Below, one piece after another: positions 28,917 through 38,989 of a DNA stretch of 64,000 nt (position 1 is its first letter; each line of letters begins with the position of its first letter). The notes beneath the pieces are model-generated. The model was not told the origin of the DNA. It did not search any database and saw nothing but the letters and a program-made list of their open reading frames with translations. Source of the DNA: Candidatus Latescibacterota bacterium. GTDB taxonomy: Bacteria > Latescibacterota > UBA2968 > UBA8231. Made by a program: the position numbers and the translations under genes. Where the stretch lies: NCBI GenBank assembly GCA_965248265.1, contig CBDFJF010000002.1:2144001-2208000 (forward strand). Reading direction: 5' to 3'.

Positions 28917-31228
28917 TGGAAGCGATACGGACGAAGCTCTTCACCATCTCCCACGCGCCGCGCCTCGGCGCCGGAGCCGCTGGAGTACTCATAGTTGTGA
29001 CGGGTTGGCTGGCGGCGGCGCAGGCCGAGACCCAGTCGGTGATCGTGGGCGGTGATGCGGGTGAGATCTGGCGTCAGGAAGGGGCGGCATCGTGCGACCG
29101 CTGCAGGAAGATCGATGCCATCGTAATCCGGGGAGCCCACTCTGTGGAGCGGACGAATGCTCCCGGTGGGGTCATCGATTTCGACCTGGAGAACCGGGCA
29201 AACTGGATCTTTCCGCAGCGGGCGGACACGACTCAGAACATCATGCTCGCACTGGAGCGGCGTGGCGGAGGCATGACCACGCCGACCTTCGGCTTTCGCG
29301 ATCTCGAGGAGAGCTTTTCCCTCATGATCGACAACAAGGGGACTACTGCCCTCGAGGTGCGGGCGGACGAGCCCGGGCAGAGCGCCAACGCCTTCGGCAT
29401 GATCATCCAGTTCGACCTGGGAGCCATCTTCGGCATCAATCGAATCAAGTTCTTTCCCCGCAACGCCGACCCCGGTTATCCCGCACCACTTCATCCGTAT
29501 CAGAGGGATTTCCTCAAGGGTTTCGAGATCTTCGTAAACGACGGGGCGCCGGAGAACGAGCGCGACAACATCCTCATCTTCGAGAATCTCGAGGAGGGAT
29601 TCGTACCCCAGAACGAGGACGCGGTCGTGGACCTGCAGTTCGAGCCGCGGTTCGTCCGACACCTGAGACTCAAATCGCTCACCACCACTGAATTCGAGGT
29701 CGCCGAATTCCAGATTTTTGCCCGTGGCTTCGTGCCCGAAGCCACCTACGTGTCCAATGTCTTCGATTTCGATGAGCCTGCCCTGCTGGGGAACATCCGC
29801 TGGGTTCTCGAGCACGTGGGGGATCCTTTCCTCTCGTCGGCGCGAATCCGCACCCGCACAGGTGTCGATCCGCAACCGATCGTGTATCCCCGCGTGGGAC
29901 TGCAGCCATCGGGCCGCATCGCGCTCCAGTTCACACGGGGTGGGACGAGGTCGGAGGAGGTCCCGATCGAAGCCCTGTGGAAGAGGGCGGACGACGTCGA
30001 AGACACCGAACTGAAAACCATCGTTGAGACCGTCCTCGACAATCCCGACGTCGACGGCAGAGAGGCTCTCCTCTTTTTCAGCGAGCTGCCGCAGGTTCAG
30101 AGGCTGGGGCTGGAGATCGATCGGGATTACTACTCGGGCATCGCCGGCAGCGAGAAGAGGAATCTGAAGGACGACCTGACCGGCTGGAGCGACTGGTCCG
30201 CTCCCTATTCGCTGCCCGGAATCATGAGTGAGGATTCACTGGGGGTTCTGGGAACTGGGGTACCGATCACCTCGCCGAGCCCGCGGCGCTACTTCCAATT
30301 CATGGTGGAGTTTGCCAACGGCTCCTTCGACGCCGCCACCGGACTCGGGGGACTGGCTTTCGATCTGTCCAGACCGGCGTTTACGGATTCCCTCATCGCC
30401 GAGATCGTGCCGCGCACGGCACGCGTGGGCGAGACCACATCCTTTACCTACGCCGTCCTGAACCGACCTGGCCCTCGCGGCATCGGTTTCGATCAGCTCG
30501 AAATCGACACCCCTCTGCGCACATCCCAGGTGCGCCAGGTCGTCATCGCCGGGTCGGACGGATCTGAGCAGCGGGCCGATTTCTCCGGCCGCCTGCTCAG
30601 CGATGACGCCCTGCCCCTCAGTGACGGCGATATCTCCATTACCGAGGTGCGGGACGACGGCCTGGTCATCTCCTTTCCGCTGGTGCAGGACGATGCCAGC
30701 CTGATCACGGTCGATTTCGACAATGCCGTCCTGCGCTTCGGCACCCAGTTCACGGCGCGGGCGCGCAATGCCGACAATCCGGCCGTGGGGCAATCCGTCA
30801 TCGCCGGCAATGCGGCGGATCTCACCACGAACGATCTGGTCGATCCGGATGTGCAGCCGATCGGCAGTCTCAACTCGAGGAATCTGTCGGTGGTCGTGCC
30901 GATTACCCGGGACCTGCTCGTGAATGTCGAAGCCGACCCACCCGTCTTCACGCCGAACAACGACGGCATCAACGATGCGTCTCTCATCCGCTACGACATC
31001 ACGAACATCGGCGCCCCGACGCCGGTGGAGATAGAGATCTACGACCTCTCGGGACGGTTGATCAAACGCGGCGAAGAGTCACGGATCAGCGGACGCCATG
31101 CCTGGTCGTGGGATGGCACCGATTCCGGCGGTGAGCTGGCACCGCCCGGCAACTACCTGTTCTCCGTTTCCCTGGACGCCGGTCCCAGGATTTCGACTTC
31201 CGTCGGCATCGTCGCCGTCGTGTACTGA
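28913..31228 (+). CDS. Secreted discoidin-like protein with C-terminal FlgD-Ig / CHU_C-like domain
   Basis: Signal peptide; FDLG...RIKFFPR...VAEFQIF; FTPNNDGIND...IYDLSGRLIK...WDGTD..G...PPGNY. Confidence 0.83.
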   Translation: MMEAIRTKLFTISHAPRLGAGAAGVLIVVTGWLAAAQAETQSVIVGGDAGEIWRQEGAASCDRCRKIDAIVIRGAHSVERTNAPGGVIDFDLENRANWIFPQRADTTQNIMLALERRGGGMTTPTFGFRDLEESFSLMIDNKGTTALEVRADEPGQSANAFGMIIQFDLGAIFGINRIKFFPRNADPGYPAPLHPYQRDFLKGFEIFVNDGAPENERDNILIFENLEEGFVPQNEDAVVDLQFEPRFVRHLRLKSLTTTEFEVAEFQIFARGFVPEATYVSNVFDFDEPALLGNIRWVLEHVGDPFLSSARIRTRTGVDPQPIVYPRVGLQPSGRIALQFTRGGTRSEEVPIEALWKRADDVEDTELKTIVETVLDNPDVDGREALLFFSELPQVQRLGLEIDRDYYSGIAGSEKRNLKDDLTGWSDWSAPYSLPGIMSEDSLGVLGTGVPITSPSPRRYFQFMVEFANGSFDAATGLGGLAFDLSRPAFTDSLIAEIVPRTARVGETTSFTYAVLNRPGPRGIGFDQLEIDTPLRTSQVRQVVIAGSDGSEQRADFSGRLLSDDALPLSDGDISITEVRDDGLVISFPLVQDDASLITVDFDNAVLRFGTQFTARARNADNPAVGQSVIAGNAADLTTNDLVDPDVQPIGSLNSRNLSVVVPITRDLLVNVEADPPVFTPNNDGINDASLIRYDITNIGAPTPVEIEIYDLSGRLIKRGEESRISGRHAWSWDGTDSGGELAPPGNYLFSVSLDAGPRISTSVGIVAVVY

Positions 31229-31236
31229 CCCTGACC

Positions 31237-34101
31237 ATGAGAGCGCTCGCTTTGGCATCGATCGCCAGCTGCAGACGCAGACACTCGCCGAGAGCTTGGG
31301 GCGTGCTCGCTCCCGTGTGCGTGCTCGCGGCGATGCTGTACGTTGTCGATGGACTCGATGCTCAATCGTACGGCGCCCGCAGCGTACAGCGCGGCGGCAC
31401 GGTGAGCTTCGATCCGATCGGCCGCGGAGTGCTGTTCGGTGCCCTCGACCCCACAGTGCAGCGCTGGTACGTGCCGCAGGAGCTGTTCGTCGAGTACCAG
31501 TGGAACCAGAGACAGTACTCCAACTACGCCCGCGATCGCTACCAGCGCTATGTCGGCAGAGTTCGCGAAGGGGACCACTTCTACGATTTCTTCGGCGACT
31601 ACATCAGCCACGGCTGGCTCATCTACGACTGGAGACAGGCGCAGCCCGCTGAAGAGGGCAGTGCCCTGTTCAAGGGTGAGCAGTTCAATGGTTGGTTCAG
31701 CAACGTCACCGTCAGCAGCGACAGGAGAGGAGACGAGTCCTACGCCATCACGGTGGGTAATAAGATTCGCACGACCTTGACGCCGATGACGTTTTCGAAA
31801 CCCTCCTTCAACGGCATTCAGGCAGACCTCGTCTCCGACCGCTACGCCCTCACCGTGCTGGCATCGCGCATCAGCGATCCAATCACCGACCCAGTTCCAC
31901 GGGCGCGACGCAGGACGAACTCAACCAGCCTCGTCGGCACTCGCGCCGAAATCGACGTCAGCGATCGGATCACCCTGGGCGGCACTTTCGTCGACGCCCG
32001 CAACTCCTACACCTCCCTCGATCTGTTCAGCGGCAATTTTCTGGCCGGCAACCTGACGGCTGGCCAGAGCAGCGCCCCGGTGACGGCCATCGCCGTCATT
32101 CTCAGCGACGACTCGCCGCATGACGGAGTCGGTGGCGCCGCCCTGTTCAGCCACGACGTCCGTATCACGACCAGGAACTTCGAGACGGACACCGAGCAGC
32201 TATGGACCTTGGAAGAGGTGGTGCGCCCCGGCACCGAGTGGCCGGCCGTGTTCGGCGGGTTCGTGCGTCCCGGGTTCATCGCCGCAGATGGCGACGAGCG
32301 CATCGTCCTCAACTACGACTTCACCGATCCCGCCTTCCAGCTCGTGCGCGAAGACGGTTCCGAGCTCGATGCCACCAACATCATCGAGGTCGAGTTCGAC
32401 TATGTCCTGGCCAACGACTTCAAAGTTGAACTGTGGTCGAACCGTCAGACCGGTAAGAACGCGGTTCCGTCGCCACCTCTCACGAGCGACGTCATCGACG
32501 TGGAGGCGCCGTCCTTGCTGCTCGTTCGCCGGGCCGAGGACAACGTCACGAATATCTCCAACATCCAGCGGCTCAAGTTCGAGTACGGTCTGCCCACGGC
32601 CAACATGGTGGCCGGCTTCACGATCGAGGGCACGGATGTCTGGGGAATCGATTTCTACGGGGAATGGGACCGCAACTTCCGCTACTTCCAGTATCCCAAC
32701 GCCGCCCTCTTCAACGCCAACGAAGCCCACGAGATCTCTCGTCGGGAGGCGGATGCGCGCTACTTCACGGTCTCCAAGCAGCAGTTTCCATTCTTCGCTT
32801 ACGGCGAGGCCTACGGCATCGACGAAGACTACGGCACCAGCGCCTTCATCGTCGATGGAGACGGCAACACGCAGTACGACCGGCCCACCCTTTGGAGCTA
32901 CGAGTTCGTGGACGACAACGATGATCAGGACGGCACTGCGGACTGGGTGCGCCGTGGTTCGGGCGGCGTAGATCGAAACGTATTCCCCGGTTGGGATGAA
33001 AACAACGACGCCATCTCCGATTTCAACCAGAACGACAACAGGTTTGTGCCCAACGAACTGCCAGACTACGAAGAGCCGTTTCTCCGCTACGACGTAGACC
33101 GGCCCGAGTTTCTGTTTGGAATCGACCTGAATAACAACGGCTGGATCGACCGCTTCGAAGACGACGAGCTGCCGGACTATCCCTACAAGGCGGACCGCGA
33201 GGGGTACAACGCCTTCGTCGGCATGCACCTGTCGCCGGAGACACGGCTGATGGTGGGTCGCACGGACGAACACATGCTGTCCGACGACCGGGAGAACACG
33301 ACCACCTACGCGCTGTTCACCTTCGACAAGAGCTATGCGGGAATCGGTCGGGTGCGCGTCTTCGACATGGTTCGACGGGCCTCTGACACGATCCCTGATG
33401 ATCGCCGGGAGATCTCGCCGTTTCGCAGTGCGCCGGCCCAGCCCATCTTAGAGGACTTTCTGCGGGCGCAGGACACCTGGATCAACACCGCCTGGCTGGG
33501 GCTCGAGTACATGGCGATTCCGAAGCTGAAGGTCGAGGGCGTGCTGAAGCACGAGTATTTCAACCAGACGCAGGATGAGCCGCGGGATCTGACAAGCCGA
33601 CGCATGGCTGGGGCACCGAGCCTGTTCGGCTTGGTGAACAAACTCGAATACAACATCAGCCTGGGGTCCCTGATGCTGCGGCCGCGGCTGAAGAGCGAGT
33701 ACCTGCGGCAGGATGCGTTCGTGCAGGAAGAGGACGACCACAAGCAGTGGACGGGTCTGGCCATGCTCCTGGCCCAATTCCCCGTCCTCACCGAAAGCTC
33801 GCTGACGGCGGGCATCGAGCTGGCCCAGTTCGCCGACAGAATGAAAGACGAAGACGAGCTGGTGGAGACGGGAAAGGTCGGCGCTACGGGGGATGAGCGC
33901 TCCGTCAACGTCGCCGTCCAGGTGGCCAACCGATCGTCCTATCTGGGCTATCGGTTGACGACCCACATCGGCCTGCGGCTGGCGCGGGTGCTTGTGGAGC
34001 AGGTGCAGGAGCGTGAAGCTGCTCCCGGAGAGTTCGAGAAGGTGAGCCAAGGCAGGACCGAAACCACCAGTTTCATCACCGTCTTCGCCGGGTTGGAATA
34101 G
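31237..34101 (+). CDS. Putative outer-membrane barrel-family protein (paralog C, close to B)
   Basis: Colinear with 26130 along its whole length; ends TTSFITVFAGLE. Confidence 0.87.
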   Translation: MRALALASIASCRRRHSPRAWGVLAPVCVLAAMLYVVDGLDAQSYGARSVQRGGTVSFDPIGRGVLFGALDPTVQRWYVPQELFVEYQWNQRQYSNYARDRYQRYVGRVREGDHFYDFFGDYISHGWLIYDWRQAQPAEEGSALFKGEQFNGWFSNVTVSSDRRGDESYAITVGNKIRTTLTPMTFSKPSFNGIQADLVSDRYALTVLASRISDPITDPVPRARRRTNSTSLVGTRAEIDVSDRITLGGTFVDARNSYTSLDLFSGNFLAGNLTAGQSSAPVTAIAVILSDDSPHDGVGGAALFSHDVRITTRNFETDTEQLWTLEEVVRPGTEWPAVFGGFVRPGFIAADGDERIVLNYDFTDPAFQLVREDGSELDATNIIEVEFDYVLANDFKVELWSNRQTGKNAVPSPPLTSDVIDVEAPSLLLVRRAEDNVTNISNIQRLKFEYGLPTANMVAGFTIEGTDVWGIDFYGEWDRNFRYFQYPNAALFNANEAHEISRREADARYFTVSKQQFPFFAYGEAYGIDEDYGTSAFIVDGDGNTQYDRPTLWSYEFVDDNDDQDGTADWVRRGSGGVDRNVFPGWDENNDAISDFNQNDNRFVPNELPDYEEPFLRYDVDRPEFLFGIDLNNNGWIDRFEDDELPDYPYKADREGYNAFVGMHLSPETRLMVGRTDEHMLSDDRENTTTYALFTFDKSYAGIGRVRVFDMVRRASDTIPDDRREISPFRSAPAQPILEDFLRAQDTWINTAWLGLEYMAIPKLKVEGVLKHEYFNQTQDEPRDLTSRRMAGAPSLFGLVNKLEYNISLGSLMLRPRLKSEYLRQDAFVQEEDDHKQWTGLAMLLAQFPVLTESSLTAGIELAQFADRMKDEDELVETGKVGATGDERSVNVAVQVANRSSYLGYRLTTHIGLRLARVLVEQVQEREAAPGEFEKVSQGRTETTSFITVFAGLE

Positions 34102-34102
34102 C

Positions 34103-37090
34103 ATGCCGCGACTCACACCCCCCCGACTCCCCGTTGCTCTGGCCGGCCTCGCCCTCTGGGCGAGCACCTCTGTCATGGCGCAGGACTACGGCAGTCGCCT
34201 CGGAACCCGGCTGGGCGAGGAGGTGTTCTACAGCACCTCCGGCGTCCCCATCTACACCCACGCCCTCGACCCGACCGTACACCGCTGGTACGTGCCTGCG
34301 ACGATGTTCGCCGAACTCGGCCGCAGCCAGTGGGAATACACGAACTTTGCCCGCCCTCGCGACCGCTACCGGCGCTACACCGATCGAGACCTAGCGGGTG
34401 CCTACTTCTACGATGTCTACGGGAATCTCACCACCAGGGGATGGCTCGTCTACGACTGGCGCCAGAGCCAGCCGCAGATCTCGGAAAGCTCGTCGATTAC
34501 CCAGGCGGGCGGCCGCTATGACACATGGTTCAACCGCCTGGTCATCAGCTCTGACCGCAAAGGCGAGTACGCTGTTTCCGTCCTCATCGGCGACGAGGTA
34601 TCGGCCCTGCTCACCCCCATGACCTTCCGCAAGGCCGGCTTCAACGGGGTCGTCACCAGTCTCGAGGCTGGCCCCTACCGGACTACAGGAGTGTTCTCCC
34701 GGATCAGCGATCCCTGGCTTGGGGTCGGGACCTCGACCACCCAGAACATGACCAATCTGATGGGCGGCAGAGTCGAAGTGGATGTCACCGACGCCCTCAC
34801 CTTGGGCTTCAATCTGGTCAACAGCCACAACAACAACGGCGCTCTCGACACATGGGAGGGGAATCCGCTCAAGGGCTACCTCGCGCCCGAGCAGCTCTCG
34901 TCGGCTATCTCCATGCTGGTCGTCAGGCTCTCCGATGACTCCCCCGAAGACGGCGGGGGCGCCGTTCTGGTGAGCGACGATATCGAAATCACTACGACGC
35001 TCATGCGGCGGGTGGCCGTGGGCGACACCTTCACCACCGTGCCCAGAGACACCGTCATCGTCGGCAGCAGCATCGGCTTCGAGCCTATCGCAGGACTGCA
35101 GTTCCTCACCGGGGAGGTGGGAATTGGGGAAGGCAAGCTGGTGGAGGGGTTCCGCACGGCCGATGGCTCTGACACCATCGTGCTGAACTACCTCCTCGAC
35201 GTGCCGCCCGTCGTAACCGGTGATGAGCACCGGGCTCAGCTGGAGCCGTTGACGCTGCGCTCGCTTCTGCAGACGCAGGTCGGGCTGGACAGCGATGAGG
35301 TGCAAGACGCCCTGCTGGCGATCAGGAATCTGCGGATGCGTCTCATCCTGGCCAACGACTACCGGGTGGAGGTCACCTCGGACAGGCAGACGGACAAGTC
35401 GGGCGTACCGCAGTTTCGCCCGGTTACACGGGCCGAGGGGAACATCAAGAATCGCCTCAACCAGCGCGAGATCGTGTTCGATTACGGCCTGCCTACGGCG
35501 AATACCATAATCGGTCTGACCGCCGAAGTTCGGGACTTCCACGGCATCGACCTCTACGGCGAGGTCAACGTCAACACCCAGTACCGGAAATACCCGGGAC
35601 TCGGCCGCGAGCGACACCGCGCTATCTCGGGGATTCGCGGCGACCGGAACGCCCTCGGCTGGATGGTCAACATGTCCTGGAGGGGTGATGGCCCGTTTTC
35701 GCTCTTCGCCGAGGGCTTCGGCATGGACGACGAATACACCACGAGCGTATTGCCTCAGGACAGGTCCGGGTTGCCCGACTACTCTCCGGACGCCACCAGC
35801 CTGCGCTACGAATGGGTCGATGACAACGACGACAACGACCGTCAGCCGGATTGGCACCGCGTTCGCGAGGGATCCTTCGTGCCCCGACGCGGATTCGCCG
35901 AGAGTTCGATCGATGGCCGGGGAGTCCCGGATCCGGATGTGTTTCCCGGCTACGACGAGAACCTCGATTTCATCTCCGACTTCAACCAGAACAGCACGCC
36001 GGAGCGCCCCAACTTCTTCCCCGATTACGACGAGCCGTTCCTGCGCTACAGCTCCGACCGGCCGGAATTCCTGTTCGGCATCGATCTGAACAACAACGGC
36101 TGGATCGAGCGTTTCGAAAATGATGACGAGCCGGACTACCCCTACAGGAGGGACCATTTCGGCTACAACCTCTACGGCAGAGCCGAGCTCGCCCGCAGCA
36201 AGCTCACCCTGGGGCAACTGCAACAGGATGAGGGGAAATCCCGGCGCCGGAATCACACGAGATATGGCATGTTCACCTACGAGGGCGACTGGCCGGCGCT
36301 GGGACGGCTGCGCGTGTTCGACATGCTCAAGAGCGCGAAGGACACGATCGCCGACGATCTGATCCAGTGGGTGATGGAGCCCGTCGAGGAGGGACGGCCC
36401 ACCGGTTCATCGGGCCAGATGGAGCCGATCGCAGACCCCCTGGCGGCGGAGGATACCTGGATCAACACCTTTTACACCGACTGGGAGTACGAGTCCCCGC
36501 TGAACTGGAAGACCTTTCACCGCTTCAAGTGGGAGACCTGGAAGCAGCGGGACGCGGATGTGCGGATTACCCTCGACGACGCCGGCGACACCCTGTCCGT
36601 GTTCGATCCCCTCGGCCCGGAAGGGCGCCTCGGGCGCGAGGATTCCGGCTTTTTCGGCTTCATCAACAAGGTCGAGTACGTCCACCGGTTGGGAAACTTC
36701 ACGCTGTCGCCGAGATTCAAGAGCGAGTTTCTCCGCCGGACCCCGTTCACCGTGACGAGAGAAAAGCAGCGCTCCTGGGATGGCATCGGCTTCTTCCTCG
36801 TCGAGTTCCCCATCCTCAAGAGGACTCGCATCAAAGCGGGTCTCGAGCAACGCTTCTTCTACAACCTGAAAGGGGACGAAGGAGATCTCGCGATGGGTGA
36901 CATATCGGGAGATTTCCGCGGCACGGCAGCGGCTATCCAGCTGACAAACGTGAGCGACTACCTCGGATACGCCCTGACGACCCAGGTCGGCTTCCGTATC
37001 GACCGCCGCTCCCTGGAGGTCATCGACGACGATCCGGAATCGACGACGGCTGGTCTGGGGTACATGACCGTCTTCGCCGGACTGCGCTAG
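34103..37090 (+). CDS. Putative outer-membrane barrel-family protein (paralog D)
   Basis: Signal peptide then QDYGSRLG; family motifs; ends YMTVFAGLR. Confidence 0.87.
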   Translation: MPRLTPPRLPVALAGLALWASTSVMAQDYGSRLGTRLGEEVFYSTSGVPIYTHALDPTVHRWYVPATMFAELGRSQWEYTNFARPRDRYRRYTDRDLAGAYFYDVYGNLTTRGWLVYDWRQSQPQISESSSITQAGGRYDTWFNRLVISSDRKGEYAVSVLIGDEVSALLTPMTFRKAGFNGVVTSLEAGPYRTTGVFSRISDPWLGVGTSTTQNMTNLMGGRVEVDVTDALTLGFNLVNSHNNNGALDTWEGNPLKGYLAPEQLSSAISMLVVRLSDDSPEDGGGAVLVSDDIEITTTLMRRVAVGDTFTTVPRDTVIVGSSIGFEPIAGLQFLTGEVGIGEGKLVEGFRTADGSDTIVLNYLLDVPPVVTGDEHRAQLEPLTLRSLLQTQVGLDSDEVQDALLAIRNLRMRLILANDYRVEVTSDRQTDKSGVPQFRPVTRAEGNIKNRLNQREIVFDYGLPTANTIIGLTAEVRDFHGIDLYGEVNVNTQYRKYPGLGRERHRAISGIRGDRNALGWMVNMSWRGDGPFSLFAEGFGMDDEYTTSVLPQDRSGLPDYSPDATSLRYEWVDDNDDNDRQPDWHRVREGSFVPRRGFAESSIDGRGVPDPDVFPGYDENLDFISDFNQNSTPERPNFFPDYDEPFLRYSSDRPEFLFGIDLNNNGWIERFENDDEPDYPYRRDHFGYNLYGRAELARSKLTLGQLQQDEGKSRRRNHTRYGMFTYEGDWPALGRLRVFDMLKSAKDTIADDLIQWVMEPVEEGRPTGSSGQMEPIADPLAAEDTWINTFYTDWEYESPLNWKTFHRFKWETWKQRDADVRITLDDAGDTLSVFDPLGPEGRLGREDSGFFGFINKVEYVHRLGNFTLSPRFKSEFLRRTPFTVTREKQRSWDGIGFFLVEFPILKRTRIKAGLEQRFFYNLKGDEGDLAMGDISGDFRGTAAAIQLTNVSDYLGYALTTQVGFRIDRRSLEVIDDDPESTTAGLGYMTVFAGLR

Positions 37091-37099
37091 CAGAGCGAC

Positions 37100-38989
37100 A
37101 TGCACCCGGCCGCGCTGCGTTGGACAATGATCGGCGCGGTCGTTTTGTCGAGCTGTACGGGCGGTGAGGAGGGACCCGCCGAGGGTCGGGCATTTTTCGT
37201 CGACGTCGCCGCAGAGAGCGGCATCGAGTTCGTCCACACCGCCGGCGGCCAGGGAGACTACTACCTCATCGAGACCATGGGTGCCGGGGGGGCGTTCTTC
37301 GACTACGACAGTGACGGGCTTCTCGACATCTATCTCGTGGAAGGATTCTCCATCGGTATCGGCACCGATTTCAGCCCCCTGAACCTCCTCTCGGAGACCT
37401 CTACCCGCTATCTCATCAGGCATCCCATGGAGTACCGCCGCCCTCCTCGTCTGGACGGGGAAGTCGACAGTCTCGCGTATCGGGTTCGTCAGAGCGCCGA
37501 GCCGTTCGTCAGAAACCGCCTCTATCGCAACAATGGGGAACGGGCAGAGGGAACATTCTCAGACAGGACCTCGGAGGCCAGAGTGGGAGATACGGGGTAC
37601 GGTATGGGGTGTGCAGTGGGAGACTACGATAACGACGGCGATGCGGATCTGTATGTCGTCAACTACGGACCGAACACGCTGTACCGGAATGAAGCAGACG
37701 GCAGTTTTGTCGACGTCACGGAGCACATGGGGGTCGGCGATCCGAGCTGGAGCGCGGGCGCGGCCTTCTTCGATTATGATAGCGACGGTCGGCTCGACCT
37801 CTACGTCGTCAACTACCTCGACTTCCACGTCGGCAATAACCTGATCTGCGGCGGCAACGAGGAGGCGCAGGAATCGCCGGCTGGCACCTTGCTGAGAATG
37901 CGCAAGGACCGCCGCTCGTACTGCAGCCCGAAAGGGTACAACGGCGCTGCTGATGTCCTCTACCACAACACCGGAAGTCGCTTCGAGAGCACGTTCGAGA
38001 ACGTGACGCGAGAAATGGGCATCTTCAGCCCGTACGGAAAGGGTCTCGGCGTCGTGACGTCCGATTTCGACGGGGACGGGGACACGGACGTCTACGTGGC
38101 TAACGACGGCGTGAGAAATTTTCTCTACCGGAACGAGGGCGGCGAGCAGTTCGCGGACATCGCAGTGGCGGCGGGAGCGGCGTACAACCGGGATGGTCGT
38201 GCGGAGGCGGGCATGGGCGTGGACTGGGGCGATTTCGATGGAGATGCCGATTTCGATCTCTTCGTCACCAATTACTCGAGACAGACCAACACACTCTATC
38301 GAAACGATGGTGCAGCCGTGTTCAACGACGTCACGGATGTCGTCCAGCTGTCAGAGAGCAGCCACAACCCCCTCGGCTTTGGGACGTTCTTCTTCGAGGC
38401 CGACAACGACGGCGATGTGGATCTGTTCGTCGCCAACGGCCACGTCCAGGACAAGGTTCATTTTTTCGCCGGAAACGAGGGCATCACGTATCCACAGCCG
38501 AACCAGCTTTTCGCCAACAGCGATGGTCGTGAATATGTGGAAGTGTCCAGTCAGAGCGGTCCCGGGCTGGAGCCTGTCCTCGTCTCCCGCGGGAGCGCCT
38601 TTGGAGATTACGACAACGACGGCGATCTCGACATTCTCGTGACCAACTGCGACGGCCCGGCACAGCTGCTGCGCAACGACTTGTCAGCGAAGAGGAACTG
38701 GCTCTCGGTTCGCCTGATCGGCAGAGACGTGAACCGAGATGCCGTTGGATCCAGAATCGCGGTCACCTGCGATGGCGCTACCCAGGTTCGGGAGGTGAAG
38801 ACGAGTGGCAGCTACGCCTCAGCCAGCGATATTCGGCAGCATTTCGGGCTCGGTGACTGCGGTGCGGTCCAGAGTCTGGAGATCATCTGGCACGACGGTT
38901 CGCTGCAACTGGTGGACGGGAAGGAGGTGTTGGTGAATCAGTTTCTGACGATCGAACAGGAAGATTCTCGCGGGGCCTCCCGTCAATAG
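37100..38989 (+). CDS. CRTAC1-family FG-GAP/ASPIC-UnbV lipoprotein
   Basis: Lipobox LSSC; FG-GAP repeats; NRDAVGSRI...SGSYAS...HFGLG. Confidence 0.92.
   Translation: MHPAALRWTMIGAVVLSSCTGGEEGPAEGRAFFVDVAAESGIEFVHTAGGQGDYYLIETMGAGGAFFDYDSDGLLDIYLVEGFSIGIGTDFSPLNLLSETSTRYLIRHPMEYRRPPRLDGEVDSLAYRVRQSAEPFVRNRLYRNNGERAEGTFSDRTSEARVGDTGYGMGCAVGDYDNDGDADLYVVNYGPNTLYRNEADGSFVDVTEHMGVGDPSWSAGAAFFDYDSDGRLDLYVVNYLDFHVGNNLICGGNEEAQESPAGTLLRMRKDRRSYCSPKGYNGAADVLYHNTGSRFESTFENVTREMGIFSPYGKGLGVVTSDFDGDGDTDVYVANDGVRNFLYRNEGGEQFADIAVAAGAAYNRDGRAEAGMGVDWGDFDGDADFDLFVTNYSRQTNTLYRNDGAAVFNDVTDVVQLSESSHNPLGFGTFFFEADNDGDVDLFVANGHVQDKVHFFAGNEGITYPQPNQLFANSDGREYVEVSSQSGPGLEPVLVSRGSAFGDYDNDGDLDILVTNCDGPAQLLRNDLSAKRNWLSVRLIGRDVNRDAVGSRIAVTCDGATQVREVKTSGSYASASDIRQHFGLGDCGAVQSLEIIWHDGSLQLVDGKEVLVNQFLTIEQEDSRGASRQ

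Noticed and set aside
30940-31228. Flagellar hook-cap (flgD) assignment for the FlgD-Ig domains
   Set aside because: Only the generic C-terminal Ig-like module on Sec-exported proteins; no flagellar genes nearby
26130-34101. Near-identical DNA tracts between barrel paralogs as a DGR template/variable repeat pair
   Set aside because: Differences inspected are mostly synonymous third positions, not adenine-specific; no reverse transcriptase in the window
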